A model generated the notes under the pieces. The model was given only the letters and a program-made list of their open reading frames with translations, did not search any database and had not been told where the DNA came from. DNA of 64,000 nucleotides from Eledone cirrhosa (lineage: Eukaryota). This document shows, piece by piece, positions 62,896-64,000 of this stretch (position 1 is its first letter; each line of letters starts with the position of its first letter). The position numbers and the translations under genes were made by a program. The DNA lies in contig OZ024751.1 in assembly GCA_964016885.1 (NCBI GenBank), forward strand, positions 50,654,001 through 50,718,000, in the 5' to 3' direction.

Positions 62896-63060
62896 TAGCT
62901 ACCCAGCTACATAGTGTGCCACCGTAGCTCCTTCGAATGAAAGTTCTAGTCCTGCAGAAGCCATTTCTATATTAAAAATTTATACTCTGCTACCCACGAT
63001 TGAACCCGGGATACACACACACAGACACACAAACACATATATATATATATATATATATAT

Positions 63061-63199
63061 AGTAATAATAATAAATTTGAAGACTAAAATCAAAAGAGGG
63101 ATCGATAAGGATAAATATATATCAAATATATAAGAACCGTAGAGCCCCGTTAAGGGTGAAAGCAGCGATTCTTTGCTTAAACTTTAATCTGTTATTTTA

Positions 63200-63207
<8 letters not shown>
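63061..63207. mobile_element. Miniature inverted insertion of the 29109-29282 family
   Basis: 63061-63145 = reverse complement of the 85-nt tail. 63146-63207 = AAGGGTGAAAGCAGCGATTC..TTAATAAATAT on +. (TA)n flanks. Confidence 0.65.
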
Positions 63208-63234
<27 letters not shown>

Positions 63235-63238
<4 letters not shown>

Positions 63239-63607
63239 TCTTAGTCCCTCCTGTCCCTTGTGGAACATTGGGCGACGAGCTTCCTCCACTTGATCCTGTC
63301 ATAGCGGCCCTTCTAGCACCTCTCCAGGTAATTCCCATCTCCCGCAGGTCCTCCCTGAATGTGCTCCACCATGTTTTTCGTGGTCTTCCCCGTCCTCTCC
63401 TGCCACCTTCTGGTACCCAATCCATGGCAATATGAGCAGGTCGATCTGCCGGCAAACGAAGGATGTGGCCCGCGAACCGCCGTCTCCTTTTCCGGACAAT
63501 GTCCCTTAACCTCTCCAATCCTGACCTCCTCATCACTTCCTCGGTGTTAACTTGGTCTCTCCATGAAATTTTCAATATGGTTCGAATGCAACGATGGTGG
63601 AATACAT
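63235..63607 (-). pseudogene. 5'-truncated RTE-type LINE 3' end
   Basis: FHHRCIRTILKISWRD..N.EV..., FAGHILR, R.RGRPRKTW motif. Frameshift before DRIKWRKLV. Ends in GACTAAGACTAA. Confidence 0.85.
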
Positions 63608-63635
63608 CATGCTTGTTACATAATATCAAGCTTGT

Positions 63636-63666
<31 letters not shown>

Positions 63667-64000
63667 AGAGGGGGAGTCCTGCGTGGCTAAAAACATACAA
63701 ATGAATAAAAAATATGGACGAAGACGGGAAAATGAATGAATAGACAGTATCTCATCAGTTGACCGCTAAAGATACATTGTTTCGATGCTTTAAGGTCAAT
63801 ACATCTGGCTCTAGTGCACAAGGGACAGTAACACATGAACAAAGGACAAGACGCTAATCTTAACAACTATTTACAAATAATAGAACATTTGCTACTAACC
63901 TAATGATGTGCAACTGAAAAGATATTGGCGAGGCTTAACATATTGATTAACCAAGGGGAAGGGATAGAGAAGATGCAAACGGTAATAGAATTATTGTCAG

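Noticed and set aside
62894-63040. ACTAG start with AGCTAC/GTAGCT hairpin, suggestive of a tiny Helitron end
   Set aside because: Single short copy and no clear 5' TC terminus.
63661-64000. Possible hammerhead on minus strand (GAAACAATGTA near 63774-63784 and CTGATGA near 63752-63758)
   Set aside because: The boxes are in an order needing a stem I hairpin that does not form convincingly. It may be a rearranged PLE end continuing beyond the window, but cannot be supported here.

Overview
AT-rich, repeat-dominated animal genomic DNA with no recognisable host gene. The SINE types suggest a cephalopod such as Octopus (inference). 1-30.9 kb is a set of long (TA)n tracts holding nested retroelements. 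These include several families of Penelope-like elements (PLEs; RT + C-terminal GIY-YIG, probably Hydra clade), with one intact 737-aa ORF inside a 3.4-kb-arm inverted repeat. There are also two related ~468-bp non-coding hammerhead elements (retrozyme-like), a near full-length CR1-group LINE and a probable non-autonomous Helitron. Eleven type I hammerhead ribozyme motifs can be folded by eye. After a 200-N gap come a ~26.5-kb 25-bp satellite, low-complexity tracts, tRNA-derived SINEs and an RTE fragment. The main observation is that six PLE-type insertions share one geometry: both outer ends are element 3' ends facing (TA)n, one at a fixed 'long' terminus and the other at a fixed 'short' terminus ~85-93 nt upstream. 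In the best-resolved family each terminus is TGTA followed 4-5 nt later by a copy of the same covarying hairpin. This suggests two programmed internal reverse-transcription start signals. All alignments and folds were done by eye, and coordinates in TA-rich junctions are +/- a few nt.
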